DNA of 49,673 nucleotides from a virus (lineage: Duplodnaviria > Caudoviricetes). The position numbers were made by a program, and so were the translations under genes. The stretch's first letter is position 1. Each line of letters starts with the position of its first letter. Of this stretch, positions 17,777 to 27,068 are shown piece by piece. The stretch covers positions 1 to 49,673 of IMG/VR virus record IMGVR_UViG_3300017785_008123, one strand, 5' to 3'. Below the pieces are notes generated by a model. That model did no database searches. It saw only the letters and a list, made by a program, of their open reading frames with translations, and was not told where the DNA came from.

Positions 17777-18934
17777 GTGACAACCCCGTTCGACCAGCCG
17801 TCCACGCTCACTGGCAGCCCGGACCCCGAGGGCGGTGACGGCGCCTACTCCTTTGACGGGAAGCCCGACAGATGGCGCCGGTACCGGCTGCCCGACCCGC
17901 AGACCGGCAAGGCGCAGGGCTACACCCGGGCCACCACCTTCGCCAAGTCGATCAGCGACACCTACGCGCTCTCGATGTGGGGACTGCGGATGGGCGGCTA
18001 CGGCCTCACCCTGCGCGGCGACCTCTACGCCCGGCTCGCCTCCACGTCGCTGGATGACAAGGAGACGCAGAACGGGATCATGGAGGAGGCGAAGAACGCT
18101 GCCGGCGCGAAGGTCGGGGCCAATCTCGGCACCGCGCTGCACTCCTTCACCGAGGCCGTCGACAAGGGCGAGCAGCCGAACATCCCTCCGCCCTACCGCC
18201 CGCACATCGCGGCCTACACGGCGCTGCTGGAGAAGTACGGGCTTGAGATCGTCGACATCGAGAAGGTCGTCCTCTGCGCCACGTACGGCATCGCGGGCAC
18301 CTTCGACCGGATCGTCCGGTTCACCCGGGACGTCACCGTCGAGCTGCCGGGCGGCAAGACCTACACCTTCACGAAGGGCACCCTCGCGGTGCTCGACCTG
18401 AAGACCGGCAAGGATCTGTCCTACGGCTGGCTGGAGATCGCCATCCAGCTCGCGATCTACGGGAACGCCGAGTGGATCTTCGACAAGGTCGCCAAGGCGT
18501 ACTCGCTGATGCCCGACGTCAACCGGGACGTCGCTCTCGTGGTGCACCTCCCGGCCACGGCGCCGGGTGACGACGTGAAGGCGACGATGTACGCCGTCGA
18601 CATCGCAGCCGGGTGGGACCTGGCCAAGCTCTGCGCCGATGTCCGGGAGGCGAGGAAGCGGAAGAACCTCGCGACCGCGCTGGCCGTGATCGAGGAGCCC
18701 GGCGTCGAAGGTGCTCTGCTGGAGGCGCAGGACGAGGCCAGTGGGCAGGGTGAGGTTGTGGTCGACATCGTCCGGCCGCCGACGCTGATCGAGCGAGCGC
18801 AGACGGCTCGTGCGGTCGGCGACCTGTCTCCCATCTGGATGGAGGCCGTCCGGCTCCGACAGGACAGCCGGGAGCTGGCCGACGCGATCAAGGCCCGTAA
18901 GGCGTCCCTGCTCGCGGACTCGGCGGCCGGCTGA
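17777..18934 (+). CDS. PD-(D/E)XK exonuclease (RecB/RecE-like)
   Basis: YTRATT, GTALHSFTE, IAGTFDRI, VLDLKTG, IQLAIY. Confidence 0.85.
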   Translation: MTTPFDQPSTLTGSPDPEGGDGAYSFDGKPDRWRRYRLPDPQTGKAQGYTRATTFAKSISDTYALSMWGLRMGGYGLTLRGDLYARLASTSLDDKETQNGIMEEAKNAAGAKVGANLGTALHSFTEAVDKGEQPNIPPPYRPHIAAYTALLEKYGLEIVDIEKVVLCATYGIAGTFDRIVRFTRDVTVELPGGKTYTFTKGTLAVLDLKTGKDLSYGWLEIAIQLAIYGNAEWIFDKVAKAYSLMPDVNRDVALVVHLPATAPGDDVKATMYAVDIAAGWDLAKLCADVREARKRKNLATALAVIEEPGVEGALLEAQDEASGQGEVVVDIVRPPTLIERAQTARAVGDLSPIWMEAVRLRQDSRELADAIKARKASLLADSAAG

Positions 18935-19182
18935 TGGCCAGAGAGACCTCGCAGCAGCGCACCGAGCGCGAGTGGCGCGAGATCCGGGCCACGGCCGAGG
19001 AGGCGGGCTACGTCAACCCGTACCCGGAGCCGGGGCAGACGATCGTCGTCACCATCGAGGACCGCTGCAGCGCGTGCCGGTGGACGCTGTTCGTCGACTT
19101 GCAGAACAACGTCTACTGCACGAACCCGAAGTGCAGCGAGCGTCAGGTCGTCCTCAACGCGACGGAGAAGGAGGAGTCGTGA
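18934..19182 (+). CDS. Hypothetical zinc-finger protein
   Basis: CSAC...CTNPKC. Confidence 0.65.
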   Translation: MARETSQQRTEREWREIRATAEEAGYVNPYPEPGQTIVVTIEDRCSACRWTLFVDLQNNVYCTNPKCSERQVVLNATEKEES

Positions 19183-19391
19183 GCGCGCCGTTCGAGAAGA
19201 CCTCACGGGTCTTCGAGGCGAAGTTCCGGGGCCGCTGCGGGAACGACTGCGGCGACCCGATCGAGCCCGGCGACGACGTCATGTACGACGCCGACAACCT
19301 CGTCCACCTGGCGTGCGCCCCGCAGTCGCGCCGCCCCGAGCCGAAGCAGTGCCCGAAGTGCTTTCTCGTGCACGCAGGGGACTGTTTCTGA
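19179..19391 (+). CDS. Hypothetical zinc-finger protein
   Basis: AKFRGRCGNDCGDPIEPGD...HLAC...CPKCFLVHAGDC. Confidence 0.7.
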   Translation: MSAPFEKTSRVFEAKFRGRCGNDCGDPIEPGDDVMYDADNLVHLACAPQSRRPEPKQCPKCFLVHAGDCF

Positions 19392-19401
19392 CACCCAGTT
19401 G

Positions 19402-19416
19402 GTGTAGGGTGTTCAC
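19402..19416 (+). promoter_or_regulatory. Putative promoter GTGTAGGGTGTTCAC
   Basis: Repeated motif, intergenic. Confidence 0.65.
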
Positions 19417-19470
19417 CGTGACCGGGTCCGATCGGCTCCGGTAAGTCACACAGGAAGCGAGACCAGAACG

Positions 19471-19986
19471 ATGACGAGTCCCAGGGATCTGTTCGGCAGT
19501 GGCGGCAGTGGCGCCTACCCGAAGGTCGACGAGCTGGAGGGCAAGCTGGTCCTCCTGAAGCCCAGCAAGATCGAGCAGGTGCCGAAGCCGCAGCAGTTCG
19601 GCGGCAAGCCCGGCGAGCTGCAGGACCGCATGACGTCGGACTGCGTGGTCTTCGAGGACGACGGCTCCTACGAGGTCTTCGACGACATGTACTTCTCGCA
19701 GGTCGGCTTCGTCAACCCGGGCAAGCGCGCGCTGAAGCCGGGCGCCAAGCCGTTCGTCCTCGGCCGGGTCACCATGTTCCCGACCGGCGACCAGAAGAAG
19801 GCCGGCATCGACACCACCGAGAAGCTGAAGGCGGCTCGGCAGGAGTGGATGGACGCCATCTCGAAGGGCAAGAAGGTGCAGGAGCCTCGGTACGCCTGGG
19901 GCCTCGGTGACTTCTCCGACGAGGACGTGGCCGTCGCCATGCAGTACGTGAACGCCACCTCCCCGCTGGGCTCTGGCGCGGAGTAG
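19471..19986 (+). CDS. Hypothetical protein, possibly ssDNA-binding/annealing
   Basis: Strong codon bias, own promoter and terminator; function inferred only from position near the exonuclease. Confidence 0.55.
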   Translation: MTSPRDLFGSGGSGAYPKVDELEGKLVLLKPSKIEQVPKPQQFGGKPGELQDRMTSDCVVFEDDGSYEVFDDMYFSQVGFVNPGKRALKPGAKPFVLGRVTMFPTGDQKKAGIDTTEKLKAARQEWMDAISKGKKVQEPRYAWGLGDFSDEDVAVAMQYVNATSPLGSGAE

Positions 19987-19992
19987 CAGGCT

Positions 19993-20027
19993 CCCGGCGG
20001 CCGGTCTCCCCCGTACCGGCCGCCGGG
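19993..20027 (+). terminator. Hairpin terminator
   Basis: cccggcggccggt...accggccgccggg. Confidence 0.7.
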
Positions 20028-20032
20028 CTCTC

Positions 20033-20138
20033 GGTCCCGACCTCTGTGAAGAGTTCACCTGGCGCGGCTCTGTACCAGGCGGCCCGAAAGGGCGCTCAGT
20101 CTGCACCCGTTGAGGCGGTTCAAATCCCCTCGGGACCA
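20033..20138 (+). ncRNA. tRNA-like RNA with non-canonical central arms
   Basis: Acceptor GGTCCCG/CGGGACC-A and T-arm GG-TTCAAAT-CC; 106 nt with no canonical anticodon arm. Confidence 0.6.
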
Positions 20139-20176
20139 CGCACCACCAACCACCCACACAGGAAGGCACCACCGTC

Positions 20177-20431
20177 ATGGCGCGAGCCACCAGCGAGACC
20201 GCCACGAAGCGCCCCCGCAAGTCCGCCGCCGAGAAGGCGCAGGCCGACTACGACGCCGCCGTCAAGACCCGCGACCTCGCGCAGAAGAAGCTCGCCAAGC
20301 TGCAGGAGGGCGTCGCCCCGGCGCAGGAGGCGTTCGACGCGGCCGAGCGCCGGGTGGCCTACCTCGGCCAGAACCCCGACCTGCCGGCGCAGAACACCGG
20401 CGCCGTCGAGGGGACCAACGCGGCCGAGTAG
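20177..20431 (+). CDS. Small coiled-coil protein
   Basis: AGGAAGG RBS, strong codon bias. Confidence 0.75.
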   Translation: MARATSETATKRPRKSAAEKAQADYDAAVKTRDLAQKKLAKLQEGVAPAQEAFDAAERRVAYLGQNPDLPAQNTGAVEGTNAAE

Positions 20432-20454
20432 CCGCGCTGCACCACCCACAGCAC

Positions 20455-20493
20455 AGAGCCCCGCCGGTGACCGCGATCACCCGGCGGGGCTCT
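20455..20493. terminator. Bidirectional terminator between convergent blocks
   Basis: agagccccgccgg...ccggcggggctct. Confidence 0.8.
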
Positions 20494-20523
20494 GTCTGTG
20501 TCGACTTGCGTCAGTGACAGAAG

Positions 20524-20910
20524 TCAGGCCGCGTGGTCGGCCACACCCGGCTGCTGAGGACCGGCCCCCCGCACCGCCTGGACGACGCGCGGGCCAGGGG
20601 CAGCGGCCACGCCGAGCGCACCCAGGACGGCCAGACCGAGCTGCAGCCACTCCGAGGACGAGACACCGTCGGTGATCGCCGACTGGAGGAAGACCGCACC
20701 GGCCGTGGCCGCCGCGACGATGGTCTTCGTGTAGGCCCACACGCCGGTGGGCAGGTTGCCGGCGCCGAGGACGGCGACCGCGCCGAGCGAGACGATGACG
20801 ACGTTGATCCACTCGGATCCGTCGAGAACGTCGTCGGCCATGCCCGCGACGATCGCCGTGATGGCCGCGAACACGACCTCGGCGATGAACTTGCCGTACT
20901 TCGATACCAC
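20524..20910 (-). CDS. Holin (4 TM, internally duplicated)
   Basis: KFIAEVV...DGSEWINV / KTIVAAA...DGVSSSEWLQL repeat typical of actinophage holins; end of lysis cassette. Confidence 0.8.
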   Translation of the reverse strand: MVSKYGKFIAEVVFAAITAIVAGMADDVLDGSEWINVVIVSLGAVAVLGAGNLPTGVWAYTKTIVAAATAGAVFLQSAITDGVSSSEWLQLGLAVLGALGVAAAPGPRVVQAVRGAGPQQPGVADHAA

Positions 20911-20924
20911 GAGGACTCCTCCAG

Positions 20925-21596
20925 TCAGGTGCAGAGGAGCCGAGTGTCGCACAGCAGGTCGGTGAGCGGATCGAGGTCGACGAGCGGGGGTGGCTGCTCG
21001 GGCTCGACGGGTGCGGGCGCCGGAGCCGCACTAGGCTGAGACGGCGGCGGGGTCGGCTCCCTGCTGGGCGCGGAGGGCGACGTGGCCGGTCGCCGGGGAA
21101 CCGTGCTCGTTCGAGGGTCCGACCCCGCCTCCTGCTCCGGCTCGCGCTGCGACGGCACCGCCGGCCGCGTGCGACTGCCGACCTCGGCCTGCTCCCCCGG
21201 CGTCAGCTCCTCCAGCGGGATGCCGGGACCGCACCCGTACTTCGCTCGGGGCCGGTCGAGCAGACCACCTTCGGGGAGCTGGTCGAGCAGGTCACAGATG
21301 CCGATCCGCAGACGTTCCTGCGCCTCGGCCTCCATCCGATCAGCCTCACGGTCGCGGAACTCGCCCCGGCCCTCGATGTACTGCTGCTGCTGGATGTCCT
21401 GGTACAGCGAGGCAGCCAGGCCGACGAGGTTCATCGCTGACAGCGCGAGCAGGCCGATGATGGCGCGGCGCAGCCACGACGGCGGCCGGTGATGGTGGAA
21501 CGGCATGCCCGGGACGAGATCGACGTCTTCCTCTTCTGGTCGAGGCGACATGTCGGACCAGAAGGTTCGACGCTGAGCGTGCGGACGGTCAGGCAT
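20925..21596 (-). CDS. Membrane-anchored Pro-rich lysis-region protein
   Basis: One TM helix, coiled coil, Pro-rich linker. Confidence 0.65.
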   Translation of the reverse strand: MPDRPHAQRRTFWSDMSPRPEEEDVDLVPGMPFHHHRPPSWLRRAIIGLLALSAMNLVGLAASLYQDIQQQQYIEGRGEFRDREADRMEAEAQERLRIGICDLLDQLPEGGLLDRPRAKYGCGPGIPLEELTPGEQAEVGSRTRPAVPSQREPEQEAGSDPRTSTVPRRPATSPSAPSREPTPPPSQPSAAPAPAPVEPEQPPPLVDLDPLTDLLCDTRLLCT

Positions 21597-21981
21597 CGCT
21601 CAGCCCCAGGCGCTTCTTGATCCGAGTGATTTCCCGATCATGTTCCCTCAGTGTGTCACCGTGCTCGTCGAGCAGGTCAGCGTGCCCCTTCAGGGCCAGG
21701 TCTCGGACGTGGTCTTCCTGGTCCTTGTGGTTCAGGCGCGTGTTGTGCTCGGCAGTCCGCTCGTAGAGCGTGACGTCCTTGTGCTCACCCGACGGGGGGC
21801 TCGGAAAGGGCAGCGGCGCCGGTGGCGATGCCGTGGTGCGCGCGTTCTTGCCCTTGATGATTTCGACGATGACAGAACCGAGGGGCACCATCATCGCGAT
21901 GATGATGCCCCCGATGAGGACGAGTACAGAGCCGTTATCCTGTGTAGGCGCCGCAGCCGCGAGTATCCCCCCGAGCCACAC
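21589..21981 (-). CDS. Membrane protein with coiled coil
   Basis: N-terminal hydrophobic helix. Confidence 0.65.
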   Translation of the reverse strand: MWLGGILAAAAPTQDNGSVLVLIGGIIIAMMVPLGSVIVEIIKGKNARTTASPPAPLPFPSPPSGEHKDVTLYERTAEHNTRLNHKDQEDHVRDLALKGHADLLDEHGDTLREHDREITRIKKRLGLSDA

Positions 21982-21984
21982 TAC

Positions 21985-22425
21985 TCACCGCTTTCCCAGG
22001 CTCCGCATGGCGAGCAGCCACGGCCCGTACAAGAAGGGCCAGATGATCAGCCCGATGGCATTGCCCTCGCCCCTGAAGACCGCCAGTAGAAAGGTCGTGA
22101 ACCACGCCCCGGCCACCCAGAGTACGACGGTCCGGATCGCGATGGACGACAGCCTGTGAATCCTGCTGAACAGGCAGTACACGAGCACGCCGACACCGAT
22201 GAAGATGACCGCCCACACCTCGCGCGGCAGCAGTTCAAGGACCGGCTGAGTGCCCTTGCTGACGATGACCGCTTCGGGTGCGAAGCCCAGGATGAGGCCG
22301 GCGAGGATGTGGAACGCGGCGCAAGACAGCACCAGTCCCGGCACCCACGCACGGAACTTCCGGGTGACCGTGGCCAAGGTGCGGCGCTCCTTCGAGCCGA
22401 TGACGTGGGGGTGTGCGATCAGCAT
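21985..22425 (-). CDS. 4-TM membrane protein
   Basis: Four hydrophobic segments; GAGGA RBS. Confidence 0.7.
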   Translation of the reverse strand: MLIAHPHVIGSKERRTLATVTRKFRAWVPGLVLSCAAFHILAGLILGFAPEAVIVSKGTQPVLELLPREVWAVIFIGVGVLVYCLFSRIHRLSSIAIRTVVLWVAGAWFTTFLLAVFRGEGNAIGLIIWPFLYGPWLLAMRSLGKR

Positions 22426-22432
22426 GCTGTCC

Positions 22433-22609
22433 TCACGGGGTGCAGGAACGCCAGGCACCGCACCGGGTGCAGACCTGCCAGTACCCGAGCTTGCCCTTCA
22501 ACGACCGCCAGGTGCACGCATCCCAGTACCCGGTGTGCGTGCACGTCGCCATCGTCGTGGCATCGGACTCGGCCGGCTGCTCGGCCTTCGGTGCGACTGC
22601 CTGGGACAT
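22433..22609 (-). CDS. Small Cys/Trp-rich protein
   Basis: Read manually: MSQAVAPK...CTHTGYWDAC...VCTRCGAWRSCTP; TGATG-coupled to the lysin. Confidence 0.55.
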   Translation of the reverse strand: MSQAVAPKAEQPAESDATTMATCTHTGYWDACTWRSLKGKLGYWQVCTRCGAWRSCTP

Positions 22610-23547
22610 CAGGCGCCGGTGAAGGTGACGTCGATCGGGCCGGTGCCCTGGTTCTCGACCTCAGCGAAGAGACAGCCGGGCTGCAGCTCGACCTGGACGT
22701 TCTGCCCGTGGCCGAGGAACTTTGTCCACTCGTCCGGACCCTCCCACATCTTGTAGAAGAGACCGACGGCCTTGTCCGGGCTGAAGACCTGCTTGCCGTA
22801 CACCGGCTGACCCTCGACGGAGCCGGTGACGATGTTCAGCCGGAACTTCGACGGGCCGGGCCACGTCGGGAACCGACGGGACTCACCGGGCTCGATGCGA
22901 ACGGGCATGGTGTCCTCCTGGGTGGCGACGGTCGGTGAAGGCTCGACCGGGCTGGCGCTGAGTGTAGCGGCGTCCCGACGGAACGCCACCATGTCGATCG
23001 TCTTGCCCGGCGCGTAACCGGGATCCCACTTCCCTGTCGCCGAGGTCTCGGCGTGCGCCTTGATGTACTCGACGCCCCGACCGAGAACGTTGACGACGCC
23101 CCGGCCGTGGATGAGGGCCGCGCGGTACTGACCCGGCGTCATCGGCCGGTCCCCGGCGTAGTCGATCTCGTTGCCTCGGCTGCGCGGGTTGTAGAGGGTC
23201 GTGACGGGCATCGGCGACGTGCTCTTGCCGCCGGAAGCGCCGGCGTGGTTGGCCGGGTGCGCGGCGATGACGTGGATGTGCGGTCGGTCGCCAGGACCGA
23301 CCGGGGTCGCCTCGTTGCACAGCGGACCGGGGAGGCCGGTGCGTCCAGAGATCAGCATCGACCGGGTGGGGAACGGCCGGGTCAGCGAGGACGGGGTGGC
23401 GGTGTGATGCTGGTTCGTGCCTTCGTAGTTGGCCCGCGTGCCGTTGCCGCGCGTCTCCCAGCCCGCCTCGAAGGTGACCAGCGCGCCCAGGCGCCGCCAC
23501 TCGGCAGCGCACTCCAGGGTGAACTGAACAGCGTCAGTGCGACCCAC
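22609..23547 (-). CDS. Endolysin, N-acetylmuramoyl-L-alanine amidase (Amidase_2)
   Basis: GWETRG, HHTA, GLPGPLCN, ANHAG, GNEI, HAE...KWDPG. Confidence 0.9.
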   Translation of the reverse strand: MGRTDAVQFTLECAAEWRRLGALVTFEAGWETRGNGTRANYEGTNQHHTATPSSLTRPFPTRSMLISGRTGLPGPLCNEATPVGPGDRPHIHVIAAHPANHAGASGGKSTSPMPVTTLYNPRSRGNEIDYAGDRPMTPGQYRAALIHGRGVVNVLGRGVEYIKAHAETSATGKWDPGYAPGKTIDMVAFRRDAATLSASPVEPSPTVATQEDTMPVRIEPGESRRFPTWPGPSKFRLNIVTGSVEGQPVYGKQVFSPDKAVGLFYKMWEGPDEWTKFLGHGQNVQVELQPGCLFAEVENQGTGPIDVTFTGA

Positions 23548-23857
23548 GGTTCACCTCCAGCTCGTCTCGCAGGGTCGCGGCGATCTGCTCCTCGAACAGA
23601 GCAGGGTCGACGCCAGCCCACGGGTCGTAGTCCGGCTTCAGGTACGGAGCGTCCGGCTCAGCGTCGAGCGTGCCGATGATCCGCACCAGGGACGGATCGT
23701 CCGGATGGTCGACGATCTCGATCTCGACGTCCTCGGCATTCGTCTCCGGGTCGTCGTCGGCGTCAGCGACAGCGGACAGGTGCGCGATGACGTGCGCGGT
23801 CTCGTGGTCGACCGCCTCGTCCCCCAGTTCGCGCGGTACGTCCCTCACGTACTCCAT
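23534..23857 (-). CDS. Acidic hypothetical protein
   Basis: GGAG RBS; between tail and lysin genes. Confidence 0.7.
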   Translation of the reverse strand: MEYVRDVPRELGDEAVDHETAHVIAHLSAVADADDDPETNAEDVEIEIVDHPDDPSLVRIIGTLDAEPDAPYLKPDYDPWAGVDPALFEEQIAATLRDELEVNRGSH

Positions 23858-23869
23858 GTCGATCTCCGA

Positions 23870-24895
23870 TCAGAAGGTGGGGCCGATGTCCTCGACGTAG
23901 AACTCCCGGGTCGTGGTCGTGCTGGAGTTACCCGAGCCGACGAAGTAGACCGGGGAGGCGCCCTTGCCCTGCAGCGAGTAGGTCACGGTGCCCGCACCAG
24001 GAGCGTCGGTGGCGGCGTGCGTCAGGGTGTTCGCGTCCAGCGGTCCCGCGCCGGCCCGCCAGTCCTCCTCGCCGAAGAAGGTGGTGCTGGCGCCGATGGT
24101 GCGGGCGAACCGCAGGGTGAACGAGAACTCGTTGGGGTGGTAGAGCCGACCACGGACGAAGGCACGGATCCGGCGACCGGCCGGGATGGCCAGGCCGGAG
24201 ACGGTGGCGATCGTCGTGTAGGAGCCACCGCTGAAGTCGGCGGTGCTCGGCAGAATGGGGTTGTGCAGGATGCCGCGCGGAGCGGCCTGCATCACCCAGC
24301 CCGGAGATCCGCCGACCATCTCGCGCCGGTAGTCCACGTTGCCGTACCGGAGCACGGTGCCCAGCGGGGAGCTGGTCGGCATCGGCGACGAGGAGGACAG
24401 CTCCATCGCCGGAGCGAGACGGGGGAACATCCGCTGGACCGTGGCCTGGGAGAGGTTCTGGTCGACGGCGCGGGTGATCGCCCACAGCGGCAGCTCCTCG
24501 ACCCCGGGCGGCGAAGCGTCGTAGGCCGGGATGCTGGAGGAGGATCCGGCGATCCGGACGACCCTGACCGGGCCGGGAGCGCCGGTGTAGGTCGGGTCGT
24601 ACCGGAGAGCGATGATGTCGGTGCGCGAGGAGCCCGAGGCGGCGGGGATGGTGATCGACTCGGTCGAGTTCTGAGCGATCTTGTGGAAGAAGCCGGCGAC
24701 GGTGGCCAGGGACGCCTGCGTGGTGGATCCGATCGTGACGATGTCGGAATCGGAAGGCAGGGTCAGCGCGTAGGCGCTGCCGTCGTAGTCGGCCAGGACG
24801 CCGGCCTCGTCACCGAAGCGGTCGCGCCACATGACGTCGGTGAACTGCCGCTCATCGGTGGTCCCCTGAGCGATAGGTCCCGACGACTGCGCCAC
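23870..24895 (-). CDS. Minor tail protein
   Basis: RTDIIALRYD and ELPLWAI motifs typical of actinophage minor tail proteins; synteny. Confidence 0.75.
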   Translation of the reverse strand: MAQSSGPIAQGTTDERQFTDVMWRDRFGDEAGVLADYDGSAYALTLPSDSDIVTIGSTTQASLATVAGFFHKIAQNSTESITIPAASGSSRTDIIALRYDPTYTGAPGPVRVVRIAGSSSSIPAYDASPPGVEELPLWAITRAVDQNLSQATVQRMFPRLAPAMELSSSSPMPTSSPLGTVLRYGNVDYRREMVGGSPGWVMQAAPRGILHNPILPSTADFSGGSYTTIATVSGLAIPAGRRIRAFVRGRLYHPNEFSFTLRFARTIGASTTFFGEEDWRAGAGPLDANTLTHAATDAPGAGTVTYSLQGKGASPVYFVGSGNSSTTTTREFYVEDIGPTF

Positions 24896-26103
24896 TACAG
24901 GCTCCTCTGGATCACGTTGATGGCTCGCAGAGCCCGGATCGACTTCTTCTGCTCGGCCGTGAGCGCCGCGTCCGGAGTGCCGACGATGACCGACACCTGC
25001 TCGATCGGCTGACCCTCTTCGACCGTCACGGTGGTCGTGGCCTCCCGGATCTTGTCCTCGGCGGGCTCCAGCCCAGGCAGATCGTAGCCGACGATGTCAC
25101 CGATGCGGACATCTCGACGGTACTCCAGGTCCGGTCCGAGCACGGGCTGGAAGGCGACCTTGACCGCCCCGGCCCCTTCTTCGATGGCTTCCTCACCGGC
25201 GCGGGTCAGCTCGGCCAGCTTGTTGGCGCTCGCCGGATCGACGTGCCGCTGGTCGATCAGTGTCTCGGCAACCACCTTCCAGTCGGTCTCGGCGGTAGCG
25301 TCGATGAGCTGCAGGAAGTCGCGGGCGGCCAGCTCGCCGCCACCAGCGACGATCGCACGCGTCGTGGTCGGCGCCCCGATCTCGTACTCGTACTCGTCGA
25401 TGATCCCGGCTGCCGTGCTCTGCGCGGTGCCGAACCGGATGTCGTCGGAGAGGTCGGTCACCTGGGTGATGACGAGGTCGCGCCAGCTCCCGCTGACGTC
25501 TTCGGTGTGCACGACCTGGATGCGGAGGTTGCCGGCCTCGGCCAGGCTGGTGAGCAACACTCCGAGGTGGTCGAGTCGACCGGACACCTGGGTGGTGCCT
25601 CCCCGGCCGAGGCTGACCGGCACACGCAGGCGGGCCACACGTCGACTAGCCTGCGCCAGGTCTCCGGCGTGCGATCGGATGTAGCCGAGGATGAGGTCCT
25701 CGACGGTCCCGGTCCGCAGGTCATAGGCGTCCGGGAAGTTGGTCACCGAGGTCGTCAACGCCTGCGACGGCGTCGGGAGGACGATCCGCTTGCCGATCGG
25801 GTCGAGGTCCTCGACGAAGGACACCGTCATGGTCTCGCGGATGGTGCCGTCGACCAGGCTGGCGCCGCGACGGATGTTCGAGATGTTGCCGGAGCTGATC
25901 TGCTCACCGTTGCGGTCGAGGATGACGCCACCACCGGGGGCGAAGACCTCCATCGTCTTCACCGGCCCGGTGATCATCCACGTGTTCGGCGTGTTGTGCC
26001 GTTCGACCAGCACCAGCTTCGTCCACTTCGAGAGCGGATCGTAGAGACGGGAGAGGTCCGACTGACGCGGTGAGAGCACCCAGTCGGCGGCCTGCCGCCT
26101 CAC
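24895..26103 (-). CDS. Tail tip/hub protein (Gp37-like)
   Basis: VERHNTPNTW, AIVAGGGELAAR, YRRDVRIGDIV; synteny. Confidence 0.8.
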   Translation of the reverse strand: MRRQAADWVLSPRQSDLSRLYDPLSKWTKLVLVERHNTPNTWMITGPVKTMEVFAPGGGVILDRNGEQISSGNISNIRRGASLVDGTIRETMTVSFVEDLDPIGKRIVLPTPSQALTTSVTNFPDAYDLRTGTVEDLILGYIRSHAGDLAQASRRVARLRVPVSLGRGGTTQVSGRLDHLGVLLTSLAEAGNLRIQVVHTEDVSGSWRDLVITQVTDLSDDIRFGTAQSTAAGIIDEYEYEIGAPTTTRAIVAGGGELAARDFLQLIDATAETDWKVVAETLIDQRHVDPASANKLAELTRAGEEAIEEGAGAVKVAFQPVLGPDLEYRRDVRIGDIVGYDLPGLEPAEDKIREATTTVTVEEGQPIEQVSVIVGTPDAALTAEQKKSIRALRAINVIQRSL

Positions 26104-27068
26104 CAGAGCGACCGATACAGGTCGCGCCAGGACAGGATGATCCGGGTGTCGTCGTTACCGCCGGGAGCGGCCACGTCCAACACGTTGAGGCCGGGGTAGA
26201 ACGGGCGCAGCGAGGAGCCCCGCGCCACCCGGCCGGCGGCGAGCGCACCATCCAGCCGGATCGATCGCGCACGAGGGTCGGTGACCAGCTTCAGGCTGGA
26301 CCCAGCGGCCACGCCCAGCGGCACCTCTACCGACCAGACCTGGCCTTCGATCACCATCTCGGCGCCACCGGGAAGGGTCACGATCGGTGACAGCGTGCCG
26401 GTGAAGGAGGACATCGTCCCGATCAGTTCCAGGGTGGGGTAGACCGGCACCTCGGACTCGATCTCGATCTCCATGCCGTTGCCGATGACCGAAGTGGTCG
26501 AAAGCATGGCCGGAAAGGGGGAATCGGTGCCTCCGACGGCGCCGAGGAACGGGACAGTGTTGGAGATGACCCGGAACTCCAGGCGACGGTCTTCGCGGGC
26601 GCGAGCGAAGGGCTCGTGCGCCACGGCCTTCAGGCCGACCTTGCACCAGGAGAGACCCTCGCTGTCCCCGCCGTCCGCTCCTTCGAGTCCGCCGTCGTAG
26701 GTGACGATCAGCTCGCGGGCACCCCGCGAGGTCTCTCCCACGATCTTGAAGGAGTTGACCGTGGGGTCGATGAGGGAGTAGAGCTGGTCGAGCATCTCCA
26801 GGTGGGACTGCTGACTGGTGGCCGACCGGCAGTAGATGGGGATGAAGACCGGCCGCTCCTCGACGCGGACGTCTTCGAGGTTGGACCCGGCGACTCCCGG
26901 GATCGGGTTGGCGATCAGCCGGTACGGCGGCATCTTCAGCCCCGTCGCACCGGGCATCCGGATCCAGCCCATCGTGTTGTCCAGCGGGATCCTGACCGAG
27001 CCATCCATCGACTCCAGGACGATCGTCGGGATCTGCTCCCGTTCCACCGGCGGTGCGGTCACGGCCAC
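26100..27068 (-). CDS. Distal tail protein
   Basis: GATGLKMPP, YDGGLEG, AHEPF, PGLNVL; directly after tape measure. Confidence 0.8.
   Translation of the reverse strand: MAVTAPPVEREQIPTIVLESMDGSVRIPLDNTMGWIRMPGATGLKMPPYRLIANPIPGVAGSNLEDVRVEERPVFIPIYCRSATSQQSHLEMLDQLYSLIDPTVNSFKIVGETSRGARELIVTYDGGLEGADGGDSEGLSWCKVGLKAVAHEPFARAREDRRLEFRVISNTVPFLGAVGGTDSPFPAMLSTTSVIGNGMEIEIESEVPVYPTLELIGTMSSFTGTLSPIVTLPGGAEMVIEGQVWSVEVPLGVAAGSSLKLVTDPRARSIRLDGALAAGRVARGSSLRPFYPGLNVLDVAAPGGNDDTRIILSWRDLYRSLW

Noticed and set aside
17777-18934. Cas4 or CRISPR association
   Set aside because: No Fe-S cysteine set, no cas genes and no repeat-spacer array in the window
20033-20138. Canonical tRNA-Tyr or tRNA-Cys
   Set aside because: GTA and GCA triplets lie in loops of the wrong size and position; kept only as tRNA-like
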